Sequence record: NC_061442.1
Strand: one strand, 5' to 3'
DNA length: 64,000 nucleotides
Under the pieces are notes generated by a model. That model ran no database searches, was not told the origin of the DNA, and worked only from the letters and a program-made list of their open reading frames with translations. Positions 1-9,590 of this stretch are shown here, piece by piece. Within the stretch, counting starts at the first letter, position 1; each line of letters starts with the position of its first letter. The position numbers were made by a program, and so were the translations under genes.

Positions 1-1400
1 GGTGCAGCGACGAAAGAGTTCTGCGTTACCATCTCGGTATCGCCATTCGACCACGTAATACGGAACGTGTAGGTTGCGCTTTGCTGGGACGTGATGGTGG
101 AAGCACCAAGCACTTCAAGCAGCGTAATCAACTGCGCTTTAACCGTGACGTTCTTATTCGCAGTGAAGGTGACGCCGTTATACACATACGTGGCAGTCAG
201 CTTGACGACTGTATCAGTCGAGACTTTCTTACCAGTACCCTGCAGACCAACTAGGTCCAGAGCGTTTACGTTATCAACCACGAAGTTCGTAGGCATGATA
301 GTCGCAACGTTACCAGACTTGTAGCGAGCAGTAACGGTGTAGGTTTCTTTCTGCTTATAGAACAGCGTACCAGTACCAACGATAGCGATGGACACCAGCT
401 CGTCATCAATGATGAACGTGTTCTTGATCAGCAGATTGTAGGTAGCTGTTACCCAGTTGCCGTACACAGGGTCGCGCTTACGGGCAGTCACTTTCAGAAC
501 AACGTCAGCAGCTAAATCAGGAGCAGTGACTGTACCGTCCTGCGTGATAGTCACACCGATTACGTTTTCTTCGATAGACCACTCAACGCCAGCAGGCTGG
601 TGCTCGATACGGTCTGACCACTCAGCGTCAACGTTCAGTTTGACGCTACTGTTATCCGACATGTAACTTGCGTTGCCTGGCAGGCTAATACGCAGGTTCA
701 TCAAGTGAGGTGATTCCCACTCGACGTTATCAGCAGTAGGTTTTACCCACTTACCGATATACTTGTTAGGATTAACAGGGTCCTGATCGACGATAGCCAG
801 CACGTAGCCTTCTTGCGGTTCGTTAGAGCTTGCGACTTCAACGAATGCGGTAGCATTCAGGCGAATCATGGTGCGAGCGTAATCAGGATGGTCGTGGTTA
901 GTCGGATAACGTGCATTACTCATGCGCGTATCAGAGCTGGACACAGCAACTGTTTCAGCAGTCGATTCGGGTTCGTCTTTAGTGACGACATTCCCCAGAC
1001 GGCTGGTGGTCGCATGTGGGATTTCCAGATCGCCAACTTCAATCCCCAGATCACCTGCGTTCTCAACAACGAAGCGGAAGAACTGTTTCTGATTGAACAG
1101 TGCAGCGTAGTCGTTCACAGTTACCCATGAACCACGGTGATTACCGTCAGACACGGCGGAGGTACGACGCAGCACATACATATACTGCGGGCTGCCTGTG
1201 TTGGCATCAATCCAAATCAGGTTGTACGGCTTTTCAGAAAACGACGGCTCGGTCATAGACACGATAACCTGATGCACTTCCGTTTGATCGTTCGCGTTAG
1301 GACGGAACAGGAAAGTGATTGGGTTACGTGGCGTCAGACCGCGAGTGCGAGCCAGGCCGATATACTGTTTAGCAAAGCCGTCGATCGTGGTTACGCTCAT
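1..1400 (-). CDS. Virion structural protein (shared N-terminal domain, tail-fibre-type repeat, Ig-like beta repeats); 3' end beyond window
   Basis: Missing from ORF track because it runs off the edge. ATG at 1400 overlaps the TGA of the upstream gene (ATGA). Hand translation: MSVTTIDGFAKQYIGLARTRG...NLIWIDAN...HATTSRLGNVV...NHDHPDYARTMI...ITWSNGDTEMVTQNSFVAA. Confidence 0.75.
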   Translation of the reverse strand, partial: MSVTTIDGFAKQYIGLARTRGLTPRNPITFLFRPNANDQTEVHQVIVSMTEPSFSEKPYNLIWIDANTGSPQYMYVLRRTSAVSDGNHRGSWVTVNDYAALFNQKQFFRFVVENAGDLGIEVGDLEIPHATTSRLGNVVTKDEPESTAETVAVSSSDTRMSNARYPTNHDHPDYARTMIRLNATAFVEVASSNEPQEGYVLAIVDQDPVNPNKYIGKWVKPTADNVEWESPHLMNLRISLPGNASYMSDNSSVKLNVDAEWSDRIEHQPAGVEWSIEENVIGVTITQDGTVTAPDLAADVVLKVTARKRDPVYGNWVTATYNLLIKNTFIIDDELVSIAIVGTGTLFYKQKETYTVTARYKSGNVATIMPTNFVVDNVNALDLVGLQGTGKKVSTDTVVKLTATYVYNGVTFTANKNVTVKAQLITLLEVLGASTITSQQSATYTFRITWSNGDTEMVTQNSFVAA

Positions 1401-2029
1401 TCATTATTCTCCAGAATGTCGGTCGCAATCAGATGGCCGTAAGATGCTTTCACGTTAGTGTCAGCGATGAACGTAGCACCGTTATCACCTACATCGGCGT
1501 CCATGTTCACTTTATCCTGCACGGTCTTCACTTCAACCAGCGGCTTCTCTGGGTGCATTTCATCATGCGGCAGAGGAGTACGCTTGTCAGTGTTACGCGG
1601 GTCAGTCACAGACACAAATGTAGGACGACCAACAGAAGCAGGCTCAGCGGTCAGACGAGCGATCCCGTATTCGTCCACAGACGCGTTAGGAATATCTTCC
1701 GTACCGCTAATATCAGACGGGTCGTAATACTGTGGAGCCCAGAACGAGTTGAAGTTCTTCACTTCTTCCCACGTGTTCTGAAAACCACCAGCAGGCGTCT
1801 TAGACTTACGTGCAAGGAACTTACGATAGAACACACTATCGCGTACCATGCACAACCAGACGACGTTCATTGGCAACACGATCCCAACAGGTTCTTCCTG
1901 TGCGATGATGTGCGTACAACTGATGTTGAGTGTTGGGTTAATCTGACGAACAACCTGCTCTTTAGCAGTGTTATCCATGAAGCCCGTAACATTCAACAGA
2001 GCAGCGGCGATATCATTCAGTGTAGTCAT
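1397..2029 (-). CDS. Virion protein, paralog of the N-terminal domain of flanking genes
   Basis: 210 aa; LPMNVVW...TW...QYYDPSD...ASVDEYGIARL...DPRNTDKRTPLPHDEMHPEKP aligns by eye with both neighbours. Confidence 0.6.
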   Translation of the reverse strand: MTTLNDIAAALLNVTGFMDNTAKEQVVRQINPTLNISCTHIIAQEEPVGIVLPMNVVWLCMVRDSVFYRKFLARKSKTPAGGFQNTWEEVKNFNSFWAPQYYDPSDISGTEDIPNASVDEYGIARLTAEPASVGRPTFVSVTDPRNTDKRTPLPHDEMHPEKPLVEVKTVQDKVNMDADVGDNGATFIADTNVKASYGHLIATDILENNE

Positions 2030-2038
2030 AACCGCTCC

Positions 2039-2677
2039 TTAGTCAGTCGGCTGGCCGAGTTCAGATTCACGCACCTTACGCCACTGGAGCGTACTATCTT
2101 CAAGCACCATTACTTGGTTCACTTGAGGAACCAGCTGGTCTTTGATTGGCACATGTTCTTCACCGTAACTACCATTGATGCTGATCATGGTGGCGGGCTT
2201 CTCAGGATGGGTGTGGTCTAGTGGGTCACGATTGTTGGTAAGTGTTTCATCACCTTCAATCAGGACACGCGACTCGGATTCTGGATATGACAGATAGCCA
2301 ACACCACGAGTGACGCTAGTAGCCAGAGGAGGCAGCGCACGGTTGATGATTTGCAGATCGTTCGGGTCATACGTCTGTTCGGTCATCGCGTCATCGTAGA
2401 AATACAACGCAGTCCAAACATCTTTGTATGGGTCCGAGTTATCTTTCGCAGTACGCTTGAAGGCTGTACCGAAAGTAGACGACTCAGGGTTGTAGTCAAT
2501 CCAAATCGCATTGATTGGAAGGACCACGAAACGCGGAACTGCATACGAGCAGTAGAACAACAGACCTAACTGAGAGCCTTCCAGTGGAAGACGAAACATG
2601 ATCGGGTTTTTGTTCTGCTGGTGGATATTCGTAAGCAACTCAACGTTACTGATGAACTGTTCAAGTTTCAGTTCCAT
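2039..2677 (-). CDS. Virion protein, paralog of flanking genes
   Basis: 212 aa; LPINAIWID...VW...QTYDPND...ATSVTRGVGYL...RDPLDHTHPEKP; SD GGAG upstream. Confidence 0.6.
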   Translation of the reverse strand: MELKLEQFISNVELLTNIHQQNKNPIMFRLPLEGSQLGLLFYCSYAVPRFVVLPINAIWIDYNPESSTFGTAFKRTAKDNSDPYKDVWTALYFYDDAMTEQTYDPNDLQIINRALPPLATSVTRGVGYLSYPESESRVLIEGDETLTNNRDPLDHTHPEKPATMISINGSYGEEHVPIKDQLVPQVNQVMVLEDSTLQWRKVRESELGQPTD

Positions 2678-2708
2678 TGTGTTCTCCGTTTACCAGAAGC
2701 GGTAGTTA

Positions 2709-2715
2709 AAATTAT
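2709..2715 (-). promoter_or_regulatory. Late-type promoter motif variant ATAATTT
   Basis: 32 nt upstream of the start at 2677; variant of the CTAATTT motif found before structural genes. Confidence 0.4.
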
Positions 2716-3407
2716 ACAGGGTCACCGGACTTCGGACTGGTGGAACCGTATTTAATGCGGAACACGTAGTCAAGACTATCGAACGGGAAGTCATTGCGAT
2801 AGACGACATAATCAAAGCCACCCAACGAGACCTCAGCCGCACCCTCGAAGTTGAAGTCGTTAAACTCCATTGCACCATCCCATGAGCCAGAGAATCCTTG
2901 TGCAGTCTCTTGGAAATATCCATAGAGCAAGCGCTTTGGCCATGCGACATAGAAGAAGCGGTTGTTGTCTGATGTAGACTGGTTAGGAGGACAGGTAATT
3001 TCTTGAGGACTCGACTCACCTAGAACTGTAGGAAGTGAGCGGAAGAAGGTATCGTTATAGTCAAGCAACGACAACACTTTATCATGAATACCAAAGCGTG
3101 GGCCATACTCACCACTGAACGGCACAGACACCCTCACCTTATTCGACGTTGAGTTCAGGACAGTGCTGACGTTATATGCTTTGGCTACGATATCATGCTC
3201 GCCTGTATCAAAAGGCAGAGTGAAGTCGAAGTAGGCAGTCGTACCTGACGTAGGCATATCAAGTTTCTTGAGCACCGTACCCGCAGCGTTCTCAATCTGG
3301 AGTGTACCGCGCAACGGCGGATTGTCCATCGAGACCAAGAAGCGCAGCTCCTTGTTACGCAGCGAGAAGCAGTATTCCAAGTTACCTTGAATGGTCAAAG
3401 TAAACAT
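2712..3407 (-). CDS. Probable virion structural protein (beta-rich)
   Basis: 231 aa, SD GAGG, lies between tail sheath and fibre-like genes; no family recognised. Confidence 0.5.
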   Translation of the reverse strand: MFTLTIQGNLEYCFSLRNKELRFLVSMDNPPLRGTLQIENAAGTVLKKLDMPTSGTTAYFDFTLPFDTGEHDIVAKAYNVSTVLNSTSNKVRVSVPFSGEYGPRFGIHDKVLSLLDYNDTFFRSLPTVLGESSPQEITCPPNQSTSDNNRFFYVAWPKRLLYGYFQETAQGFSGSWDGAMEFNDFNFEGAAEVSLGGFDYVVYRNDFPFDSLDYVFRIKYGSTSPKSGDPV

Positions 3408-3423
3408 AGAACCTCACAATACG

Positions 3424-3451
3424 AAAAAAGGAGGACCGAAGCCCTCCCTTT
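3424..3451 (-). terminator. Intrinsic terminator
   Basis: GGGAGGGC-UUCG-GUCCUCCU plus U6, directly after the tail sheath stop. Confidence 0.8.
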
Positions 3452-3455
3452 GTGA

Positions 3456-5132
3456 TTACAGACTCAGACTTGTGGAGGTACTGCCTGACGGGTTGATGTT
3501 GAAACGATAGATCAGACGCTTAGTGGTGCGTGTCGGGTCTAACACGATATCCAGAATCAAGTCGCCGTTAGCGATAGTCTGGTTGGTGTTGTTGACTTCG
3601 TTACAAACAACCTGATAGCCCTGCGAGCCAGAAGAACCGCCACGAAGACCACGACCGAGTTTAATCTCTTCGAGGAACTTCTCAACGATACCCTGCAGGT
3701 AGCCACGAAGGATAGCATCGTTCGGATCGAACAAGCCAACCTTACAGGTGCGGTGACATACTTCAAGCACGTAACCGACCATACGCTGAATCTGAATCTG
3801 CTGGAATGCAGAGTTCATGTTATACTGCGTACTGGCTTCCCACACCGCGTAACCACCACCAGCAATGTCAGGCAGCTTACGGATGTAGTTGACCTGCTCA
3901 CGGGTCATAGCATCACGGTCATCCTGATCGTACTTCTGAGCAATAGCCAAGAAGTCAAGAGGGGCGGATGCAGTAATACCCGCAGGCGCGAACCACGTAC
4001 CACGATTGTTGTCGGTGTACGCAAACACAGCACAGATCTGTCCGACACATGCTGTCCACAGATAGCGGCCAGTATCTTCATCGAAGACTTTAATGTCAGG
4101 TGTGTACAGTGCCATGTTCGTGTCGTTCACGTTCAACGTCTGGCGGCGATAGCGAATTGCCTTAGACACAGACTGCTCGGCGGATGGAATACCGCAGATA
4201 ACGAAGCAGTTGATATGCGCAGCAGCAGCCGCTTTCATGCCACGATGGATGATGTAATCCTGAGTAGGACTAATCAGCAACGTCACACGAACTTCTTCTG
4301 GGTCACCGAAGTAATCCTGATACGCTTGCGCCAGCTGGTCAGAACCAACCGTGTCACCATCCGAACCACCCTGGAAGAAGATGAAGTCAGTGGTGAAGAA
4401 GTCGATATCAGTGGTGAAGTACGGGTTACGGATGAAGCGGAAGTTTGAGCTTTCGTTCTCCATCGCATAGTCGATACGATACTGACGTTCAAATTCATCG
4501 GCGTAATCGAACAGGCTGCACTGGTAGCTGTTTACCGGAGCGCTTCCTGCCTGATAGTTTTCATACTCGTCGATATAGAACAGTTTCGTATTGTACTTCG
4601 TGCGGTCATCGAATGGGTCGAGGCCACGAGGCGTAGCAGGGCGAATCTGCATAGCCATTGCGTTGTTCCAGTCGCCCGGGTTTTCCAGAATGACGTAGCC
4701 GATGATATTCTCATTCAGCGGGTCATCTGGCAGGAAGCCCAGTTGGTCTGGAGAGTCCACACCGACAATGTTACCTTCGTCGTCAGTGTAAGGACTGATA
4801 CGCAGCACAGGTTGAACAGCCGACGGGTCATCTACAGTCACGACACCGACCGCGTATTTCGCGTTCTTAGTCACACGGACGTATTTGAGTTGGTTGGTCT
4901 GTTTTGCCACAGGCAGCGCTAGATACAAGCCGAGGCCATACTTGGGATCTTTTGCACCGAAGATGTTTTTCAAATCATCTTTATTACGCACATCAACACG
5001 CTGATTGACAGGACCTCGACGGGCCTGACCAACGATGCCTACGACGGACGTAGATAAAGACGTTGCACCAACGGAGAGATCCCGTACGCCAGTGTAGACA
5101 CCAGCAGAGGAATGCGTTGAGTTAACGGGCAT
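3456..5132 (-). CDS. Contractile tail sheath protein
   Basis: Likely start ATG 5132 (SD AAGGAG). N-terminal SAGVYT...VGIVGQARRGPVN, WFAPAG, REQVNYIR, IQIQRM, LFDPND and C-terminal DIVLDPTR are typical sheath motifs. Confidence 0.92.
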   Translation of the reverse strand: MPVNSTHSSAGVYTGVRDLSVGATSLSTSVVGIVGQARRGPVNQRVDVRNKDDLKNIFGAKDPKYGLGLYLALPVAKQTNQLKYVRVTKNAKYAVGVVTVDDPSAVQPVLRISPYTDDEGNIVGVDSPDQLGFLPDDPLNENIIGYVILENPGDWNNAMAMQIRPATPRGLDPFDDRTKYNTKLFYIDEYENYQAGSAPVNSYQCSLFDYADEFERQYRIDYAMENESSNFRFIRNPYFTTDIDFFTTDFIFFQGGSDGDTVGSDQLAQAYQDYFGDPEEVRVTLLISPTQDYIIHRGMKAAAAAHINCFVICGIPSAEQSVSKAIRYRRQTLNVNDTNMALYTPDIKVFDEDTGRYLWTACVGQICAVFAYTDNNRGTWFAPAGITASAPLDFLAIAQKYDQDDRDAMTREQVNYIRKLPDIAGGGYAVWEASTQYNMNSAFQQIQIQRMVGYVLEVCHRTCKVGLFDPNDAILRGYLQGIVEKFLEEIKLGRGLRGGSSGSQGYQVVCNEVNNTNQTIANGDLILDIVLDPTRTTKRLIYRFNINPSGSTSTSLSL

Positions 5133-5158
5133 GTTTCGTCTCCTTATATGACTGTCTG

Positions 5159-5165
5159 AAATTAT
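5159..5165 (-). promoter_or_regulatory. Late-type promoter motif variant ATAATTT
   Basis: Between a terminator and the tail sheath start (27 nt upstream). Confidence 0.5.
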
Positions 5166-5186
5166 CGTATAAGCAGTTAGAAACGC

Positions 5187-5213
5187 AAAAGGGGCAGCCG
5201 AAGCCACCCCTTT
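5187..5213 (-). terminator. Intrinsic terminator
   Basis: GGGGUGGC-UUCG-GCUGCCCC-UUUU; tandem G-U pairs fix the minus strand; identical to 31677 copy. Confidence 0.85.
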
Positions 5214-5216
5214 GTT

Positions 5217-6317
5217 TTAGCAATCACAACCTACGGAATCGAAGTCAAGTTTCAGGCCCGGATAGAGTTGGTTAAACTCCTCCAGCGGCATGTTAAAGCC
5301 GGCGGCATTAACGTGACCATCACCACCACGAGAACGTGCGATAAAACGAGCACTGCCTACATGACCTTCAGGGAAACCACGAGAGCGGCAGCTAACGTAA
5401 ACCTTGGTAGGGTCACGATGGCCTTGGCGCACAAGCATCACTGTTTGGAAATGATCATAGTTCTCATAGACATACGTTCCTGTCTCGGACGCAATGCCTT
5501 TATCACAAGGAACGACTGCGTGTTTGACACCAATCAAATGGTTGGGTTCCGAGAAGAAGCTATTGGTATCAATCAGACCACGAATCTTTTCATTACGCGC
5601 TTCGATATTAATGAAGCCCTGAGCGATGATCTCTTCGATATCGCCAGACAAAATGATCTTATACGCAGCACGGACGGTATGAGGCATTTCAGTGTAGACG
5701 TGACCACACTTCTCTACTTCTTTGAAGACGTCCTTAACGTAACCTTCATAGAAAGCAAAGGCACGTTCATTGGTACGAATCCACAGGTCACGGTCAGACA
5801 CCAGTTGCGCACTGCGAATGATGTTATCAGTGCAGGCATATTGATGCTGTTGGAACTCTGACACATGAGCCATGTATGCGAGCAGCGTACCACTACCACC
5901 AGCTTTGAAAGTAAGACCCAGCGGAGATACGTCAAGCGCAGCACACTCTTTGGCGTACAGCTCTTGGCTGCGGCAATCATGGTGATCAAGCACCTTGAAG
6001 TTACCGCCATAGCGTTTAGTCATGACAGCCATCTGGCGTTCGGTCAGAGAGAAGTCAACAACGACAACGCGCGTATACTCGGAGGGTTCACCGATTAACT
6101 TACCGTCGGCGTCTTTCTGCAAATCGCTGAGTTTGATACCTTCGAGACCCTTCATGTCTTCGAACTTAGTACCATCGGCAGAAACGATATCTCCCTGGTC
6201 GTTGGCGTACACGGCAGGATAGAAATGGAGAGTATCGTTAGGGTATGCAAGTGCTGTAATGGCAGCAGCGAAACTACCATCAGCACATCCTTGATGATAG
6301 ACAACAAGTGTAGTCAT
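5217..6317 (-). CDS. DHH/DHHA1 family phosphoesterase
   Basis: YHQGCADG, VVVVDFS, VLDHH, DRDLW, SCRS and GGDGHVNAAGF motifs. Confidence 0.88.
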   Translation of the reverse strand: MTTLVVYHQGCADGSFAAAITALAYPNDTLHFYPAVYANDQGDIVSADGTKFEDMKGLEGIKLSDLQKDADGKLIGEPSEYTRVVVVDFSLTERQMAVMTKRYGGNFKVLDHHDCRSQELYAKECAALDVSPLGLTFKAGGSGTLLAYMAHVSEFQQHQYACTDNIIRSAQLVSDRDLWIRTNERAFAFYEGYVKDVFKEVEKCGHVYTEMPHTVRAAYKIILSGDIEEIIAQGFINIEARNEKIRGLIDTNSFFSEPNHLIGVKHAVVPCDKGIASETGTYVYENYDHFQTVMLVRQGHRDPTKVYVSCRSRGFPEGHVGSARFIARSRGGDGHVNAAGFNMPLEEFNQLYPGLKLDFDSVGCDC

Positions 6318-6319
6318 GA

Positions 6320-7180
6320 CTAAACCCAGTGGTTATTATGATTCGTTCCAGATTGGACGCTACGCATATGCTCAAGCATTTGACGCAGGCCCGCCAACGT
6401 CTGCTCCAGTGATACGCGGTACTGATCAGAAGCCACACTCTCTCCGTGGTGCAGCGAAAGAATATAAAGCGACCATTCTTCCGATTGGCGCAGGCGCTCC
6501 ATTTTCTTGTAGAGAATCTGACGGCGTTCACGAGCACGTAACAGACGCTGCATTAAATTAAGAGGTTCGTGAGATTTTTTCAGCAATTCAATGTGAATCG
6601 CATCCAGTCGCTCATAATCCAAACGCAACAGGGCCTCTTTGGCCTCAAGGAAAAGTTTGGAACGACGTAGTGCTTCATCCACAGGAAGGTTACGACACTT
6701 ATCCGGGTGAGTGATACGTGCGATAGCCTTGTAGATAGCCTTACATTTCTTACGCAGATGCGCCTTCGACCACTGTTCGTGCTCGGCCATCATATCTGCA
6801 TCTGCTTCGTTGTCCTGAGTTTCATGCTCAGTGTCTTCAACGAATGCTTCTTCCATGACCTTTTTGATATCATCCGCGTTGGCTTGATCTTCCAAGTCAT
6901 CGGAGTTAGCCATTTGCATGACCATCGCCTGAATCTCATTGTTCAAGATTTCAATCTCGGCGATGATTGGTCGATGTTCTTTGTTCAGGCCGTCCACCAG
7001 CTTTGTAACGCGTTCGCAATCAGCGCCATAGCGCAGTTCAAGCGCTGCGACTTCTTCGAGGATTTCGTCAAGCGTTTCGCCTGTGTCTTCCTCAAACTGC
7101 TCTACCGCATCTACCAGCTCAGTGGATGCGGTGTACGGCACAGGAAGTTGAGGGATAACCATCAACTGAGTATTTGTCAT
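6320..7180 (-). CDS. J-domain (DnaJ-like) protein with acidic coiled-coil N-terminus
   Basis: KAIYKAIARITHPDK (helix II plus HPD) followed by KLFLEAKEAL (helix III). Confidence 0.75.
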   Translation of the reverse strand: MTNTQLMVIPQLPVPYTASTELVDAVEQFEEDTGETLDEILEEVAALELRYGADCERVTKLVDGLNKEHRPIIAEIEILNNEIQAMVMQMANSDDLEDQANADDIKKVMEEAFVEDTEHETQDNEADADMMAEHEQWSKAHLRKKCKAIYKAIARITHPDKCRNLPVDEALRRSKLFLEAKEALLRLDYERLDAIHIELLKKSHEPLNLMQRLLRARERRQILYKKMERLRQSEEWSLYILSLHHGESVASDQYRVSLEQTLAGLRQMLEHMRSVQSGTNHNNHWV

Positions 7181-7371
7181 GGGCGCACAAGCTCCGAAAT
7201 TGGTTTAGCTACCAGCTCTGCAATGCGCGGCGGACACTGAGGGTTGCGTTTCAAATTCTTATGCAACCACTGCAAGTTATTACCGGACGAAGATACCTCA
7301 GCACGGAAACTGGGAAGTTTGAGTTCGTCACGATGTTTGGCCAGCAGCACATTCAGTTCATTCAGCAACAT
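7177..7371 (-). CDS. Hypothetical protein
   Basis: 64 aa; SD AAGGA; overlaps next start (ATGA). Confidence 0.6.
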   Translation of the reverse strand: MLLNELNVLLAKHRDELKLPSFRAEVSSSGNNLQWLHKNLKRNPQCPPRIAELVAKPISELVRP

Positions 7372-7380
7372 TGTTTTTCC

Positions 7381-8001
7381 TTAAAGAGATGAAGTCATGA
7401 GTTCAAGTAAATTTGAAACTACATGCGCAGGGCCTATGGAGATCCCTGTTTGCGCCTGTAGATGAATACGTTTCGTAAATAGCTCAAGCGGGTCAGGACT
7501 GCCGCCTGTAACTACAATGCGAGGTATCTTTGGGAACATCTCAAGGATATCACGCAGTCGCTCAATCTTATAGCTGGTGCTGTCTAGTGTTACGTTGGTC
7601 AACACTAACAACGACGGTCGCTTGCTTTTGAGTTGTTCATAGTCGAAGCGATCACCGTACAGCGTTACCCATCGTGGCTTGAGTGCGGTTGTCTCTGAGT
7701 CTTCAACGGCAGCATTGAAGATAGACAGCGCGGCCATCTTTGCACGGTAGTCGTTCGGGAAACTACTGATTACCGTGATACGTGGGTCAGCCTTGAAAGG
7801 GTCCTGAATCATACGTGCAAGGTGCGTAAGCTGTTTCGCTTTACCAACCACCTTGCCCTTGAAGTAAGGAGAAATAGACTTGTAGTCCTGTGCAGCTTCT
7901 GCCACATCAAACTGCTCTTGCTTACCGAATAATAGTTGTGGGTCAACGCCCAGCGTCTGCATCTGCTTTGCTACAGCAGGTTCAAAGTCAAATGTTAGCA
8001 C
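7381..8001 (-). CDS. Hypothetical protein, possibly degenerate DnaC/IstB-like AAA+ fold
   Basis: GTG start with SD GAGGG; strand/helix order RITVISS..AKMAALSI, PRWVTL, LLVLTN, RIVVTGG, but no intact Walker A/B. Confidence 0.45.
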   Translation of the reverse strand: MLTFDFEPAVAKQMQTLGVDPQLLFGKQEQFDVAEAAQDYKSISPYFKGKVVGKAKQLTHLARMIQDPFKADPRITVISSFPNDYRAKMAALSIFNAAVEDSETTALKPRWVTLYGDRFDYEQLKSKRPSLLVLTNVTLDSTSYKIERLRDILEMFPKIPRIVVTGGSPDPLELFTKRIHLQAQTGISIGPAHVVSNLLELMTSSL

Positions 8002-8021
8002 AATACCCTCCGTTGTTCATG

Positions 8022-8384
8022 TTAGGTATTTACAGATTCTGTGGCGCGCTGCCATACTACGAACTTGACGTTCAGGGCATGTTCTTCAAGCTCGGCCTCA
8101 CGTCTAGGCTCATACTTCGGGGAGTGCCAGCGTGTATGATCAGGACGTTCTACAGGCTTGGCCACAAACTGCTGTATTGGATTTGGTACTTGAAAATATT
8201 CATGGCTCTCGATAACAACTAGGTTATCAATGCGGAGAACACCAGGAACATCAAACACTTTCGGCAGGGTGCTCGGTGTGAGTGCAGACCCCATAACTGT
8301 TTCATGGTAATCAACAAGTGCTTTAACTAAAGCACGACCAGCACACGTAGACAGTGTAAGATTGTACTCGGTACGATATTCCAT
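8022..8384 (-). CDS. Hypothetical protein
   Basis: 120 aa, SD AAGGAG. Confidence 0.7.
   Translation of the reverse strand: MEYRTEYNLTLSTCAGRALVKALVDYHETVMGSALTPSTLPKVFDVPGVLRIDNLVVIESHEYFQVPNPIQQFVAKPVERPDHTRWHSPKYEPRREAELEEHALNVKFVVWQRATESVNT
8027..8035 (-). promoter_or_regulatory. Phage promoter motif CTGTAAATA
   Basis: Exact motif 26 nt upstream of the start at 8001. Confidence 0.65.
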
Positions 8385-8400
8385 GGTGCTCTCCTTAGTA

Positions 8401-8769
8401 TTACATCAGAGCCAGTTCAGGGTCGATATACGTGTATTGCCACACGATATTCCAACCTGAGGCGGCGTCTCTGTTCGGGTGAATGCGATAGCCGTAGATC
8501 ATCAGCTTGCCCTTAGTGTCAGGTTCAAGCGTAGGCTCATACTCCAGCCATGCTGCTTCGAGCTTCAACTTATCGGCGATATCTTTCGCCCAACCATCGA
8601 AGTCGTAGTCTTCTGGTACTTCCCAAGACAGAGAATGCTTGCGCCAGTGTTCAGCCTGCATGTCAGTGTCTTTGGAGATCCAGTCAAGATGTTCTACGCC
8701 CATATGGTAGGCAATGGAGTGTGCATATCCATGCTCATTCATGTGGCGCTGTAACTGATCAAGACGCAT
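8401..8769 (-). CDS. Hypothetical protein
   Basis: Likely start ATG 8769 (MRLDQLQRH, SD AAGGAG) rather than 8940, which overlaps the upstream gene. Confidence 0.65.
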   Translation of the reverse strand: MRLDQLQRHMNEHGYAHSIAYHMGVEHLDWISKDTDMQAEHWRKHSLSWEVPEDYDFDGWAKDIADKLKLEAAWLEYEPTLEPDTKGKLMIYGYRIHPNRDAASGWNIVWQYTYIDPELALM

Positions 8770-9079
8770 TAGGTTGCTCCTTAAAGCGTGGGAATACGGT
8801 AACGCTAATGCGCGTAGAACCTTTCTCATACTCACGCTCACTATGAGACACAAGCAGGACGTCGGTGACCTCCAAAGTATCTCTAATGAGAATGAGCAAC
8901 TGCCCAACAACGGACAGTGGATGGATATAGTTGGAGACAATCATATTGATCTCTGTTACCTGATCAGGATTGCCTACAGCACCATTTCCATCCCATTCTT
9001 CTACGCTCATACACGCTCGGGCTGCTTCACTCTTTAGCAGGTCCATCTCCAGAGTGAAGGGTAAACGCTCTTTCATCAT
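8759..9079 (-). CDS. Hypothetical protein
   Basis: 106 aa, SD AAGGAG. Confidence 0.65.
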   Translation of the reverse strand: MMKERLPFTLEMDLLKSEAARACMSVEEWDGNGAVGNPDQVTEINMIVSNYIHPLSVVGQLLILIRDTLEVTDVLLVSHSEREYEKGSTRISVTVFPRFKEQPNAS

Positions 9080-9118
9080 AAACTCCTTATAGCCTGTTGA
9101 AAAGAGACAGACTATAAA

Positions 9119-9589
9119 TTAGAGAGCGACGCCTTTAAGGAACGTTCGAGCGAATTTAATAAAGATCTTCTGCTTTGCCTCAGGCAGCTTGCGATAGCGC
9201 TGGATAATGTCTTCCAGCGAATCTTCATCAGTGGTGAGATGAACGCCTTCGACTGTACCGACTTCACCTTTCTGCCAGTTAGCTTTGGTTACTGTCAGCA
9301 GGAAGGTGCCACGATACTCTTCCACGCTGCGGCCACCAGCACCACCAACAGGATTGCGAACTTTAGTGTAGTCGATATTAGCAATACGCTGGACCGCAAA
9401 ACCATCAGGGAATTGCGCAAACACCGAAGACAGATCAATATCTGCTTTATTGTCAGGCGCAGGGGATTTAGCAACGAACTGCACACGGAACGATTCACCA
9501 CCTTCAACATCGTACTGGCCGTCGAAAATGATGTTGTCGTGCGCACGTAGCGTATCGGTAATGAGTTTGAAAATCGGATCGTTGAACAT
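9119..9589 (-). CDS. Hypothetical protein
   Basis: 156 aa, SD GAGGA; helical C-terminus (LEDIIQRYRKLPEAKQKIFIKFARTFL). Confidence 0.65.
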   Translation of the reverse strand: MFNDPIFKLITDTLRAHDNIIFDGQYDVEGGESFRVQFVAKSPAPDNKADIDLSSVFAQFPDGFAVQRIANIDYTKVRNPVGGAGGRSVEEYRGTFLLTVTKANWQKGEVGTVEGVHLTTDEDSLEDIIQRYRKLPEAKQKIFIKFARTFLKGVAL

Positions 9590-9590
9590 G

